Of a stretch of DNA of 64,000 nucleotides, positions 25,245 to 36,641 are shown in pieces; position 1 is the first letter of the stretch; every line of letters begins with the position of its first letter. The translations under genes were made by a program, and so were the position numbers. The notes beneath the pieces are model-generated. The model did no database searches. It was given only the letters and a program-made list of their open reading frames with translations, and was not told the DNA's origin. Origin of the DNA: Rhynchopus sp. YZ270_cl-10 (lineage: Eukaryota); the NCBI GenBank assembly GCA_964035575.1, contig OZ037840.1, positions 310,001 through 374,000 on the forward strand. Reading direction: 5' to 3'.

Positions 25245-25898
25245 CACACATGACCTGCTTCCCCACTTATTGGACTTCTCTGCCCAACACTATCACTTCC
25301 AAAGACACTTCATTGTCTTTGAGTTGATCTTAAAAAAACACAAGAAGCGCTTTGCGGGGATGCAAGCTTACAGGTAGGTTATACAAAGGGTTGATGTGGG
25401 TCACCCCCTCTTCTCCCCTCTTCTCCCCTCACAGACCAAACCCGAGGATGTACCCATCATAGAGAAACGCTGTCTGAGATATACACCGTGAGACAATCCC
25501 CCCTGTTGCAAATTTGGGAGCAATACAGTTACGAGGTGAATTCCCTTTCCCCTCCTCCTCCCTAGTAAACTTGTTTAAGCAGCTCTGCTGCGTCTTGGGG
25601 GTCTCTCGATTATATATTTTTAGGCTTCGCGTCCTGCATGTTTATTGTCCACTTGCATCTGCAAGGTTGGAAGAGGGTAACAGGGGAAACTCATTAAAAA
25701 TCATTCACTCACTCATCAGGATTTTTTGTGTTTCCCCGGTCTCACCCTCCGTACGTTAACTTCGCATAGTGTTTTGCCAAAAAATTAAAAGATTGGGGCG
25801 GTAGGGTTTTTTATTCGGATTTGCGTTTTTTTGCTTTTTGCTCTTATATATATCGAGAGACCCCCTCCCTCCCTCCGTCCTCCATCCCAGAAGAAAGG

Positions 25899-26906
25899 TC
25901 ACCTTTTTTCTAAGAGGATGTCGCGAATCGCGATGTGTCCATGGTCTTCGGCATGCGCCGCAGCGGACATACCGTGCGCATCGACTGACGTAATAGACGC
26001 GCCTGCGGTGAGAAGAATGTGAACACCTTCCGTCCAGCCGTATCTACAGGCATCTGAGAGTGCGTGCATGCCACTGTGGTCAGGGAGGTTGCAGAGTGCA
26101 CCGTGACGGAGGAGGAGACGTGTCTTAGGTGCATCTTGCGCTTGGCAGGCAAGCATCAACGCTGTTTGCCCATCATTGTCTTGCGCATTCACATCTGCCC
26201 CAGAACTGAGTAAAACCCCTGCGACACCTACTCTCGCATACATCAAAGGGGTGCGACCTGCCACATCCCGCTGCCCCACTTCCGCACCGCACGCCAACAA
26301 CACCCTCGCCACCGAACTAAACCCATTCCTCAACGCAACAAACAACGCGCTGTCCCCATCCGCACCACGGTCATCAATTACAACGTCTGCACCAGATGCC
26401 AAATACATTTGGCACATTCCTGCCTCTCCATTTGCAGCAGCATCAAGAAGGTTGTCCACCAAACCTCCTGTCCCCCTAGGAATCTGTCTCCCGAATACCC
26501 CTCCAGAAGTGTTCAGTGGGGAAGTGGTGAGAGGGGTGCCGTCGAAGTCGGAACTACCAAAAGTGGGCAGAGAGTTGCGAGAGTGGCGGGACCCATCGGA
26601 GTCTGCTGTGGTCAATGCAGAGAGAGAGCTGCAGGCGCTGAGGGAAGGGGGTGGGCTTGGGGTCGTGGTGCCGCTGAGCGATTCCCGCGGATAGTCACCA
26701 TATAGCAGATCAGCGCGGGCAATCTTTTCTTCATGCGCAGCAAGCAACCGCTCTGCCGACCCCACCCCACTCAAATACAGCAAGCTTGCAGGCACCACAC
26801 CCCCACGAACTGAATCGTTCCCTCCCAGAGAAGACACTCCACGACTGCGTGGTGGCGGCGCGTCCCCTCTGTACTCCCCAGACTCACGACGCGCAGTGGA
26901 AACCAT
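25899..26906 (-). CDS. Ankyrin-repeat protein with low-complexity Ser/Pro-rich N-terminus (335 aa)
   Basis: About six ankyrin repeats (GDSALFVA, GRTPLMYA, GADVNAQDNDGQTALMLA, GMHALSDA, GMSAAAHA); putative acceptor CCCCTAACACAG ~66 nt upstream. Confidence 0.9.
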   Translation of the reverse strand: MVSTARRESGEYRGDAPPPRSRGVSSLGGNDSVRGGVVPASLLYLSGVGSAERLLAAHEEKIARADLLYGDYPRESLSGTTTPSPPPSLSACSSLSALTTADSDGSRHSRNSLPTFGSSDFDGTPLTTSPLNTSGGVFGRQIPRGTGGLVDNLLDAAANGEAGMCQMYLASGADVVIDDRGADGDSALFVALRNGFSSVARVLLACGAEVGQRDVAGRTPLMYARVGVAGVLLSSGADVNAQDNDGQTALMLACQAQDAPKTRLLLRHGALCNLPDHSGMHALSDACRYGWTEGVHILLTAGASITSVDAHGMSAAAHAEDHGHIAIRDILLEKR

Positions 26907-27279
26907 AAAAAAAAAAGGAGAGAAAAAAAAAGAGGTGAGAGAAGAAAGAGGGGTGTAGGTAGAAGGGAGGGTCTGTGTTAGGGGGTTGTAAGGTGTTGGA
27001 GAATAGATCTAGGGTCTAGGGGGGGTGTGGAGAAAAGCAGTGAAATGGGTTGGGGAAAAAAAATTTACTCAAACATCGCTTCAACCGGGTGGTGTACGAC
27101 GCTCCGTGTTGCCTAAATGAACCAAAGAAATAGAACAAAACTTTGCTCTCCACTTATAAAAATGGAAGAGAAAAGGGAGAGAGGGAGAAAGAAACTGTTG
27201 ACGCAGGCACCTCCGACTGACCCACAATTAAAGCACAACCCTGCGGCCTACAACAAAAGATGTAAAAAAGGAAGAAATA

Positions 27280-27556
27280 TGAGGTGATCCAGTCTCACGC
27301 TTTTTCACACATTTTCACTTGGTTTCACACATTTTCACACATTTTCACATGGTTTCACGGTGTGAAAAAGTGTGTACGAAAGTGAAAAAAAAACTGCTTC
27401 ACGCACTCTGAGTGGATTCCTCCAGAAAAAAAACTTGGTGTTTTCACATGGTTTCACATGTTTTCACTTGGTTTCACACATTTTCACGTTTTCACTTGTT
27501 TTCACACGTTTTCACGGTGTGAAAAAGTGTGGAAAAGTGTGCGCTGGATCACCTCA
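27280..27556. mobile_element. TG..CA MITE with 5-bp TSD
   Basis: Perfect TIR TGAGGTGATCCAG; TSD AAATA at 27275-27279 and 27557-27561; TTTTCACACA 10-bp arrays. Confidence 0.85.
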
Positions 27557-27611
27557 AAATACGCAAATCAAATTAACAAAACATCTGATCAATATGGGCA
27601 GGTGCCTTAGG

Positions 27612-27831
27612 CATACAGTGCGGACGAGTCGTCTACTCGCCTAAACTCGTTCTTTTGGGTCTCAGCCCGAAACCTCGCCTTTTTTCACTCGTCTCACTCG
27701 TCTGTACTCGTCTCTTCGGCAAGAGTGCCTACAAAACGTACTCGTCTCAACTCGTCACGACGAGTAGAGACGAGTATTGGAGACGAGTATCGCCACTCGT
27801 CTCACTCGGCACGACTCGTCCACACTGTACG
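27612..27831. mobile_element. CATAC-TIR MITE with 6-bp TSD
   Basis: TIR CATACAGTGCGGACGAGTCGT vs CGTACAGTGTGGACGAGTCGT; perfect TSD CTTAGG; ACTCGTCT internal repeats. Confidence 0.9.
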
Positions 27832-28080
27832 CTTAGGGGCAGCAGCCGAGGGGGGCTTTTTTTTTACTAAAAAGACGACGTGACGGGTGAGTCGCGCCCA
27901 CCCCCCTATGCCAACGAACAGAAGTTACGGTGTAACCAATAAAGGCAGCGTCCCCGAGCTCCGGAACTCCGGAACCCACTCCCTCTGACTCCATTCATGG
28001 AGTCAGAGACGGCAACAAGATGCCCTTGGTGGTCTGTGTCAGGTGAAAACCAAACAAAAAAAAAAATCATAAAACAAAGC

Positions 28081-29275
28081 CAGGGGTGTCGCTAATTTTG
28101 GGGAAATTTTTGAAAAATCTGAAATCGGGGTGCAAATTTTTTTTTTTACGTGGGGATTTTTTTTTCCATTACCAGGGGGCGAAAAAACAGTGTTTTGTGG
28201 CATTTCCGAGCCAATCCCAGGCTGTGGTGGGGGATATACGGAAAAATGGACAAACTTTTAGTGACTTAAATTTTCACAAAATATGAACCCATACTCTTAA
28301 ACATGGGTCATTTTCAGGTCTGAAAACCCAAATTCAGATGAAATTGTGGTGTTTTTGACACCACTGAGAACAGTAGGTAGCGCCGCAGGCGCACGGTACC
28401 CAACTTTTGTCTTTTTCTTTTTCCCTTTTCTCTGCGTTCTTTTGATTGTGCGAGCCGATTGCTCTCCACGGTGGGGTCACATGTGTGCGCTAAAATACGC
28501 TAAAGTACCCTTACTATGAAGTATGAGATTCTCTGGTTTTAGCAAGGAAACCCCTGCAAGCATGTTCCCAGATCACGAAAAAAGGGGAGGCGTCTTTGGG
28601 CGTTTTTGTTGGCATCGCCCGATGCGGTGCAATTGCAGAAAGTGATGGGGTCATTTTGGAAAAATGGACGAGTTTTCGGTATTTAAGTTTTCACCATTTT
28701 TTTTATTCCTGTGCACTTTTCGAGACTGCCGATTCTCGTAAACAAGGGTCATGTTCAAGTCTGAAAACACAGCTTCAGATGAAATTGTGGTGTTCTTGAC
28801 TGAGAACGGTAGCGCCGCAGGCGCACGGTACCCAACTTTTGTCTTTTTGTCTTTTCCTTTTCTCTGCGTTCTTTTGATTGCGCGAGCCGATTGCTCTCCA
28901 CGGTGGGGTCACATGTGTGCGCAAAAACACGCTATGGTACCTTTACTAAGGAAACCCTGGTTTGCAAAAAAAAAGGGTAAGGCAGGGTAAGGTAAATCTG
29001 GAAATCCCACCCAAAAAAAAAAAATTCTTCGCGGGGTGAGGGCGGCACCTGGGGATTTTCCCTGACCCCCAAAAACCTCGTTTTTGGAACGTTCTGACAC
29101 AACCGAGTTCACGGTGGCCTCTCACTTAAAAAAAGAACAAGTTGTTACCACATTAAACCCACCCTGTATTAGGTGCAAATTTTTTTTTTTCCTACACAGA
29201 TTTTACTAGGGGTGCAAATTTTTTTTTTGGTTTTGAAAAAGTCGGGACCCTGGACCCGAATTAGCGACACCCCTG
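28081..29275. mobile_element. hAT-type non-autonomous element, inverted copy of 4523-5675
   Basis: TIR CAGGGGTGTCGCTAATT; perfect 8-bp TSD AACAAAGC. Confidence 0.95.
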
Positions 29276-29284
29276 AACAAAGCA

Positions 29285-29324
<40 letters not shown>

Positions 29325-29604
29325 AGCCTAAACCAACGTAAAACTACAAAATACAAAATACAAAAATAAAAATAGGTGTAAAAAAAAAAAGGTCCTCGGG
29401 TCCTTCTAAGGTATACCCAAAACCCAAAAACCCAATACACATCAACCATCCCCCTTCTTTGGAATGAAGTGTTGGAAAAAGTAGAGTAGCCAGCGTAGCT
29501 CTTAAACCCCGGGCATATTCACCAAGAGGCAGTTACCAAGAGGCGGTCTACAGAAGGTACCCCTGATTCCCTGAATGATGATTTTGGAAAAGGAAAAAAA
29601 AAGG

Positions 29605-29745
29605 TAGAGTTGAAATACAAAGCCCTCTCGTGAACAGTGTACCTTTAGTACAATTGACCGGGCTGTACCGGGGGGGTGGACACCCAATCATACTGTACCT
29701 ACAATACATTTCGTGGTTTACATCTGAATAATACCGTCCGTCCCC
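29605..29745 (+). repeat. Dispersed ~130-bp repeat (copies at ~46320-46445 and ~61980-62515, the latter split by a MITE)
   Basis: Shared TGAAA(T/C)ACAAA(G/A)CCCTCTC..GAAC.GTGT and TTCGTGGTT(T/G)ACATCTG blocks. Confidence 0.7.
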
Positions 29746-30662
29746 ACACCACTTTGGTACCTATGGAAATACACAGAAAAGGATAGAAAACGGGTCCGGA
29801 GTCCTGATACGGGTCTCCGAACAGTCTGGTACGATTTGAGTGAGAAGAAGGGGGGGGTAAATTTTTCTGATTATGAAACATCAAAAAAACATCCTTCTTC
29901 TTCTTCTTTTTTTTGTACTACTTAATCGCGCTATATCTACCAGTGTTTCCTGTAAAGGAACCTGGGGAGCAATCCTGGGCAAGACATCTGCGCAATCTAA
30001 TAACTCTGGGTTGAGAATAGTACGTTGTGAAGAAGCAAAAAAAAAAGTGTTCGAAAAATCGGTTGTATCTACTGTTCCACTATACAAGCCTTTGTTTGTT
30101 TCAATACAACTACCAAAAGGGGCAGCCCCGTTGCTTCTTCACAAGACACACAATAAAGAGTAAAAGGGGTGCGCTAACTTTTTTTTAACTAGCTTTGTTT
30201 TGGGGAGGAAGGGTAGTTGGGTCAGAACCCCTCAAGGTATCTGGGTTACGATCGGTCAAATGACTGCCCGAAAAACCCCAAACTTTAGGTTTCCGTTTAT
30301 CTCCTTATTTCGAAAACAAAGCAAGGAAACGCGGATAACTGCCAACTTATCCCGAAGGGGAGGTGGAAAATATATGTGTTTGTACAATACTGAAATAAAA
30401 GTACTATAGTGGACAAGACCCATAGGAGTGGTTAGTATTTGTGCAACCTCCCACATCACCTACCCCCCCATATCCCCCACCTGTCTGTGAACACTGGTGG
30501 TAATAACGAAGGTGGATTTTGGGGATTCAAAAAAAAACTGGGGGGGTTTTTTACTTCTGATGGTTCTTGGACTACTGAAGATTGAAATGGATTAAAGATA
30601 CTGATAAGGGAGGGAAATACACATTTTGAAAAACTGTGTGACGTTAGCAAGATACACTACCC

Positions 30663-32777
30663 TCACGACCGCTCCAAGACCCCGACAGCCCCCCGCAGTC
30701 GGTAGACACCAGGGCGTGGCTTGTAAGGCTCCAGAAACGCATCCAGCGAAGAGGGCACCACCGTTCCTGCAGGCGGCTCAAGCAGACAACGTTCACCTGA
30801 ACGTGTCGCATCGTCGCACAGTGTGCGGCACTGACGCACAGCGTTGCCCATCACCGTCACAAAGCGCTGCTGCCGTGCTCCCACATTCCCGTAATGCATA
30901 GTACCACTCACAAGCCCAGACCCACATAACCCCTTTCCCAGGCGTTGTGCAAACCGGATTGCGTTCTCCATGTGTGAAGGTGCTGGGCGTGAGAGGTTCC
31001 ACCCGGCACAGATAGAGTTCCCAAGCAGCGTCACCAGCACGCCACCGCTCTGGTCCAGAACCAATAGCAGCACGGAGAGCGCTGCGCTTAGGTCCTGCAG
31101 TGCGTACACATGGCCGTAGCTTTCAACCACGGGTTCGATGGTGCCGACAGTTGCGCACACTTCTACGGCGGTGGGAAGGGACAGAGAGTTGCTGCCCCTG
31201 GAGGAGGACACCGACCCACGCCGCTCGCAGACGTTGTCGTGACACTTCACCTCTACGTAAGACGTACGGAGCGGGTGCTCCTTCCTCCCTGCCAACGACA
31301 TAGCCCACAAGTTGCAGATGAAGATCGTGTCGGACACACCCTTCATGCTCACCCCTTCCGCATTGCCAGCAACAGCGACGCACAACTGACAGGCAGAAGC
31401 CCACAAATCAGAGGGCATCGCCACAGCCCCAGGTTTGCACGCACTCTCAAGACGTGACGCAACGTTCACCGTGTGTCCAAAGTAGTCTGTCCGTCCCGTC
31501 AGTGTGTTCAGCTCGACAGTCACAGGGCCAGTGTTGACACCAATGCGTACAGTCAGTCCACCCCAAAGTGGTCCCTGTTCAGCACAGATCTGTGCCACGT
31601 CCAGCAACGATGTCGGCCAGGTTGCTTCACGAAGACGTTCCTGCACCTGCAGTCCAAAGTTCACACCGTCAGCTGTTGATGCGAAGGCAACCATGAAGGC
31701 GTCGCCGATTGTCTTCACTTCATACCCACCAAACATCCCCATTGCCTCACGCATCACAGCGTTGTGTATCTTCAGCCCAGCACGCATCCCTTCTGACGCA
31801 CATTGCCAGATCGCAGTCGAGCTGCAGATGTCTGTAAAGACGATCGTTGCAGTGTCATCTTCGAGTAGTGGGGGAGGGACCAACGAACACTTCTGCCTGA
31901 CGTCGTCCACCATCTCCTCAAACAGCGCTGCAGGGAGGTAGGGACGGTACTTCCGCAGGTTCTCCTCCATCTTGTGCAACGTGTTGTGCATCGCCTCTGG
32001 GAGCACTGTTTTCGGCGAGGCCAGCAGCTCCGACACACCCTCCACGTCGTACCCTGCAAGCAACTCTGCAATCGTCTGCACAGTGTTGATCGTCCGCTCC
32101 ATCGACTCTTGCTCCTTCAGAATGTCACGTGCAAACCCTCTCGTTGCGATGAAGTCGATCAGGAACACTGCCAACGCGGATACCAGCAGACCGCTGTCCC
32201 TGGCACAGGGAAGCTCCGCGCACTCACCTTGCTCGTGGTAAAGATCAATCCTTCCATGCACACCGTGTTGCGGGAGCAACCCGGGAAGGTCGAATAGGCC
32301 AAAGCGAAACATTTCCTCTGTTGCTGCAACACACAGCCACACTGTGACACCAGCAACGAACACCACTGTGTAGTGCGTCGGCGACTCCATCACAAGCAGG
32401 AGGTCGACTATGAGCACTAAGGGTGCCCACATCGCTGACCCCGTCGCACGGTTGGCAAGGTCGAACATGCATATGGCAAGCCCGTAGCCGTACGCACAGA
32501 AGGCGACCACCCCGGGTGTCATATTCATCTTGCAGAGCACCGCCAACACCCCGAACAGTGACGCCAACATAGCTGTACAGATCGCCACTCTCAATACAAC
32601 CTGGTGCTGGAAGTCATGGAAACTCTGGGGAATGTACACAGAGCACGCGATAAAGCAGAAGAGGTTGAAGACACAGAACAGGCCACGTTTCCGCTCCTTC
32701 TTCTGGCACAGTGTGCCGTCCATGGACATCACGGACTTTATCCAACCCCGTATGTACCATACTGTATTATCCCACAT
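30663..32777 (-). CDS. Membrane adenylate cyclase (class III), intact catalytic domain plus degenerate second domain, 704 aa
   Basis: About six N-terminal TM segments; motifs VFTDI, EVKTIGDAFM, RIGVNTG, TDYFGHTVNVASRLES; second domain LLGNSI..GNAVRQCR lacks catalytic residues. Confidence 0.93.
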   Translation of the reverse strand: MWDNTVWYIRGWIKSVMSMDGTLCQKKERKRGLFCVFNLFCFIACSVYIPQSFHDFQHQVVLRVAICTAMLASLFGVLAVLCKMNMTPGVVAFCAYGYGLAICMFDLANRATGSAMWAPLVLIVDLLLVMESPTHYTVVFVAGVTVWLCVAATEEMFRFGLFDLPGLLPQHGVHGRIDLYHEQGECAELPCARDSGLLVSALAVFLIDFIATRGFARDILKEQESMERTINTVQTIAELLAGYDVEGVSELLASPKTVLPEAMHNTLHKMEENLRKYRPYLPAALFEEMVDDVRQKCSLVPPPLLEDDTATIVFTDICSSTAIWQCASEGMRAGLKIHNAVMREAMGMFGGYEVKTIGDAFMVAFASTADGVNFGLQVQERLREATWPTSLLDVAQICAEQGPLWGGLTVRIGVNTGPVTVELNTLTGRTDYFGHTVNVASRLESACKPGAVAMPSDLWASACQLCVAVAGNAEGVSMKGVSDTIFICNLWAMSLAGRKEHPLRTSYVEVKCHDNVCERRGSVSSSRGSNSLSLPTAVEVCATVGTIEPVVESYGHVYALQDLSAALSVLLLVLDQSGGVLVTLLGNSICAGWNLSRPAPSHMENAIRFAQRLGKGLCGSGLVSGTMHYGNVGARQQRFVTVMGNAVRQCRTLCDDATRSGERCLLEPPAGTVVPSSLDAFLEPYKPRPGVYRLRGAVGVLERS

Positions 32778-32860
32778 GGCAGCGTCTCACGCTGCCAGCG
32801 TCCTGGGGTGTGAGTGGGGGTGATTGTGAAAAGTAGGGACGGAACTGAGAAAGATATTGA

Positions 32861-33170
32861 GGAAATACACATTTTGAAAAACTGTGTGACGTTAGCAAGA
32901 TACACTACCCTCACGACCGCTCCAAGACCCCGACAGCCCCCCGCAGTCGGTAGACACCAGGGCGTGGCTTGTAAGGCTCCAGAAACGCATCCAGCGAAGA
33001 GGGCACCACCGTTCCTGCAGGCGGCTCAAGCAGACAACGTTCACCTGAACGTGTCGCATCGTCGCACAGTGTGCGGCACTGACGCACAGCGTTGCCCATC
33101 ACCGTCACAAAGCGCTGCTGCCGTGCTCCCACATCCCCGTAATGCACAGTGCCACTCACAAGCCCAGCCA
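32861..33170 (-). pseudogene. 3' fragment of an adenylate cyclase paralog with its 3' flank
   Basis: Duplicates 30613-~30920 almost exactly; similarity stops at ~33170 with no AG acceptor or upstream coding sequence. Confidence 0.85.
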
Positions 33171-35006
33171 CAAACGAAGAAAATGTGAGTGTTTACAAAA
33201 ATAGAGGGAGGGAGGGAGGGAGGTTCTAATATAGAGGGACTTTGTGAGCAAGGTCTTGGTTGAGTTCTGTGGTTGGTAACAAAAAGAGCAAAAGTTTTGT
33301 TTTGAGTATAGACTACTATCACCTAGATGGCAGCCACGGGTTTTTCTTCACAGGATCCTTAAAAAAGAGCAAATAGAAGGAGTACGCTTTTGCAGTAGGT
33401 GGCAGAATCCTTTTTCTGTTTTATTTTATGGGTGGGGTTTTTTTTTTGTATTTGAACGAAGACATTTTTTTGTACAAACATGTCCGCAGACAATTGATAT
33501 AAAGATACCCACGTTACCTTCCTTGAGCAGTGCCTGCAGAAGCACTTCATTGGTATGCACAAGGCGACATGACAAATGGTGGGAAATCAGGCGTGAGCGG
33601 GGGTCGGGCCTATTTCCCCGTATTCTGGGGCTGGGGACGGGTTTTTTTTCCCGTGCAGTTTTTTTGTGTGGTAGCAAAAAGAAAAAAAGAAAATAAGCTG
33701 GCGGGGGAAAGGAAAAAAAAAGAAAGGTTTATAAGATGAACCTAAGCCTCTCGTGCTTAGTCACCCCAAAAAAAATGTCATATATCAAAATCATAAACAT
33801 ACCGTAAATATTCTATACCGTACATATTATGAACCGCAAAAATTCTGGAGCTTTTTCGATTTTTTTCGAGTTGGAGAACGTTGTTACGGTTCAGATATAT
33901 CACGGTGCAGATGTGTTTTTTTACCCGCAGACTCTTACGGCACTTTCAAACGAAATGAGTAAGTGCAAAGGACTGGGGGAAAAGAAAAAAAAACTGGTAC
34001 AACCGTTGTTGGTTGTAAAGGCGTGAGAGTTGGGGATGTGTGTTTGAGGAAATAGAAGAACGTAGTATCAACGGAGCTTGGTCTTGCACCCTGCGCTCCA
34101 CTAACCGGCGATAGGAAAAAAAAAAGGATCGGGTCTTTTGGTTGTGCGCTCAAAGCCGGAAAACAAAAAGGTGGAAGAAAAAAATGTGTTAAACTGAAGT
34201 ACGGTTGTTGTGGTTAATTGAGTACTCAAAGAACAATATTTTTTTCAATCCGTTTTTTGTTTTGCCCGCAGCGCTGCCCTCCAATCTTTTTGTTTTAGAA
34301 TTGACAACAAGTTGTTTTATCAAAAAAAAAAATTTGTTTGATTATAGGCTTCTATCACTAGATAGCACGAAGAAAGGGGGGAGAAATGGTAACTCCGATA
34401 GGTAAGGAAAAAGAAAAAAGGCTTTTTCCATTGAATGCACAATTACCTTTGGGGTGATTGGCGACCGTATCTGAGGAACTATTTCTCCTTTTAAACTACA
34501 CTGTTGGAGCAGAGGGCGGACGAACCCATATATAATAAACGAAAATAGCGAGAGGGTACTTGAGAGACAACGGGGCACGCTGTCTGCGCGATTCGGCGTG
34601 GGGGTGGGGTAGGGGTCGGCAGAAGGGGGAAGAAGGAAAAAGAGAAGTTTTTTTTCATCAGGGTAGCACAATTAAAAACCTTGTTTAGTGTCCCACCGCT
34701 CCCCAAAAATCTGTTCGCACGCACGCAAAAATAAAATAACTACCACCTGAATTAGCTGGGTGTTGGGAGGTGTTGGGAGGTGTTGGGAGGCGTTGGGAGG
34801 TGTTGGGAGGTGTTGGGGGGCGTTGGGGGGTGTTGGCGGGCGTTGGGAGGTGAGGCACTTTTTTTCCCACCGGCGTGAGCCTTTTTCTCGTTGGTGAAGT
34901 TTTTTAAACACCTGCATTATCATTTCCGGAATCCGTCCTCGCTGTGGTGGGGTCAATTTGCCGAAATGGACAAGTTCTGAGTACATACGTGATCAATTTT
35001 CTTATG

Positions 35007-35225
35007 CACACAGTACACAGTACACAGTACACAGTACACAGTACACAGTACACAGTACACAGTACACAGTACACAGTACACAGTACACAGTACACAGTAC
35101 ACAGTACACAGTACACAGTACACAGTACACAGTACACAGTACACAGTACACAGTACACAGTACACAGTACACAGTACACAGTACACAGTACACAGTACAC
35201 AGTACACAGTACACAGTACACAGTA
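35007..35225. repeat. Microsatellite (TACACAG)x~31
   Basis: Read directly. Confidence 0.98.
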
Positions 35226-35289
35226 GCAGTACAGCACCAGAGGTCGGGATTTTCCCTTGGAGGGCGTCTAAATTAATACATTTTTTATA

Positions 35290-36641
35290 CATAGCGCTCT
35301 AATTAGAGTATTAGGGTATAATTAGAGTCTGGGATTTTGGGCCAAGTCAGTTAGAGTCCAGTTAGAGTATAATTAGAGTCGCTTTTCTTCAATTAGACTA
35401 TAATTAGAGTGCAGTTAGAGCATAATTAGACTCTAACTACACTCTAATTATAGTCTAATTAGAGTAAAACAACAGGCTTCTTGTAGGTGCAAACGCCGTA
35501 AGGAACCGGTTCCCCTAAGGTTCCTCTGTAGGACCCAGGTGCCCAGTTACCCACATAGCTGAAAATAAGACTTGGGGAACCGAGTTCTCAGCCGGACTGG
35601 GACACAATATGTGAAGGCGCTGTGGTCCGCCTGAAAGCGGGTCGGGGACCCGGTCGCGGGAGGGTGGGGGGCCTAGTCCTAGTCCTACTGTACCTAGTAC
35701 CCAGTACCGGGACTCGGGACCCGGCTTATTCTCAGCTATGGGTACCCAGGTACTCAGACCCGCGCAGTGGCACATGCCCTCAAGTGTGAGTGCCCCATAC
35801 ATTAGGGAATGCGATGCAAAAACTCTATGTGCACCTTCGGTGCAACGCCGCAGACAGGCCAAGCAGCGTTAGACTCAGAGGAATGCCTGCTGTGCAGGTA
35901 TCAAACATGAGAAACTCCCAGCAACAAGGGCATTATTGAAGGTGTTTGGGGTGCAAAATTTTCTACAAATGTTGATGCGCGGGTACAGAAGTGGTGTCTT
36001 GTTCTTTCATCTGTAGGAATGTAAATATCAATCGAATTTAACTACCACTAAGGGGTCGAAGGGGTAATCCCAGTATCAACGGCTGTGTTGACGGGAAATC
36101 TATAGCGAGCATACGTTCATTTCAGCCGAAGAAATACTACTTATGAACCCAGGAGAGATCCAAGACTCGCGTTGAACAACTACCCGCGATCGACAATACC
36201 AAAGAGAATTCATAACAAAAACAACACTGCCCCATACACACTACTGGGGAGTCAACTGACTAAATAGCCATGCTTCAAGTGCATGCCCCTGGGCCAAAAT
36301 TCCTGTGCTAAAAAGGCAACAAGACCATCCACAAGGAGTGTGAATTGTGCACTGGTGTTCTGGGGGAACAAACAATATTTTCTTGTGTCTGGTTCTCTGC
36401 AAGCAGAGAACAGACTTTCTGGATTACAAAGTCGAATTTCTTGCACTAGCTATGCCCCCTGGGTTGATGGCTATAGCATTGATTGATGTGCCCCTCTTTA
36501 TTGACCCTCTTATAGGACTCTAATTAGACTCTAATTAGAGTCCAGTTAGAGTATTAGAGTTCAGTTAGAGTTTTAAAGACTCTAATTATACTCGAACTGC
36601 CGACTCTAATTATCTAGTTAGAGTCTAATTGGAGCGCTATG
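35290..36641. mobile_element. TIR element with AATTAGAGT subterminal arrays
   Basis: TIR CATAGCGCTC(T/C)AATTAGA; flanked by TATA on both sides (TSD length ambiguous); internal 36255-36445 resembles 48680-48865. Confidence 0.85.
35554..35740. mobile_element. hAT-type MITE
   Basis: TIR CATAGCTGA(A/G)AATAAG; 8-bp TSD GTTACCCA/GGTACCCA. Confidence 0.85.

Noticed and set aside
35760..36000. SWIM-like CECPIH*GMRCK motif suggesting a Mutator transposase
   Set aside because: Single interrupted motif, no other support and no 9-bp TSD
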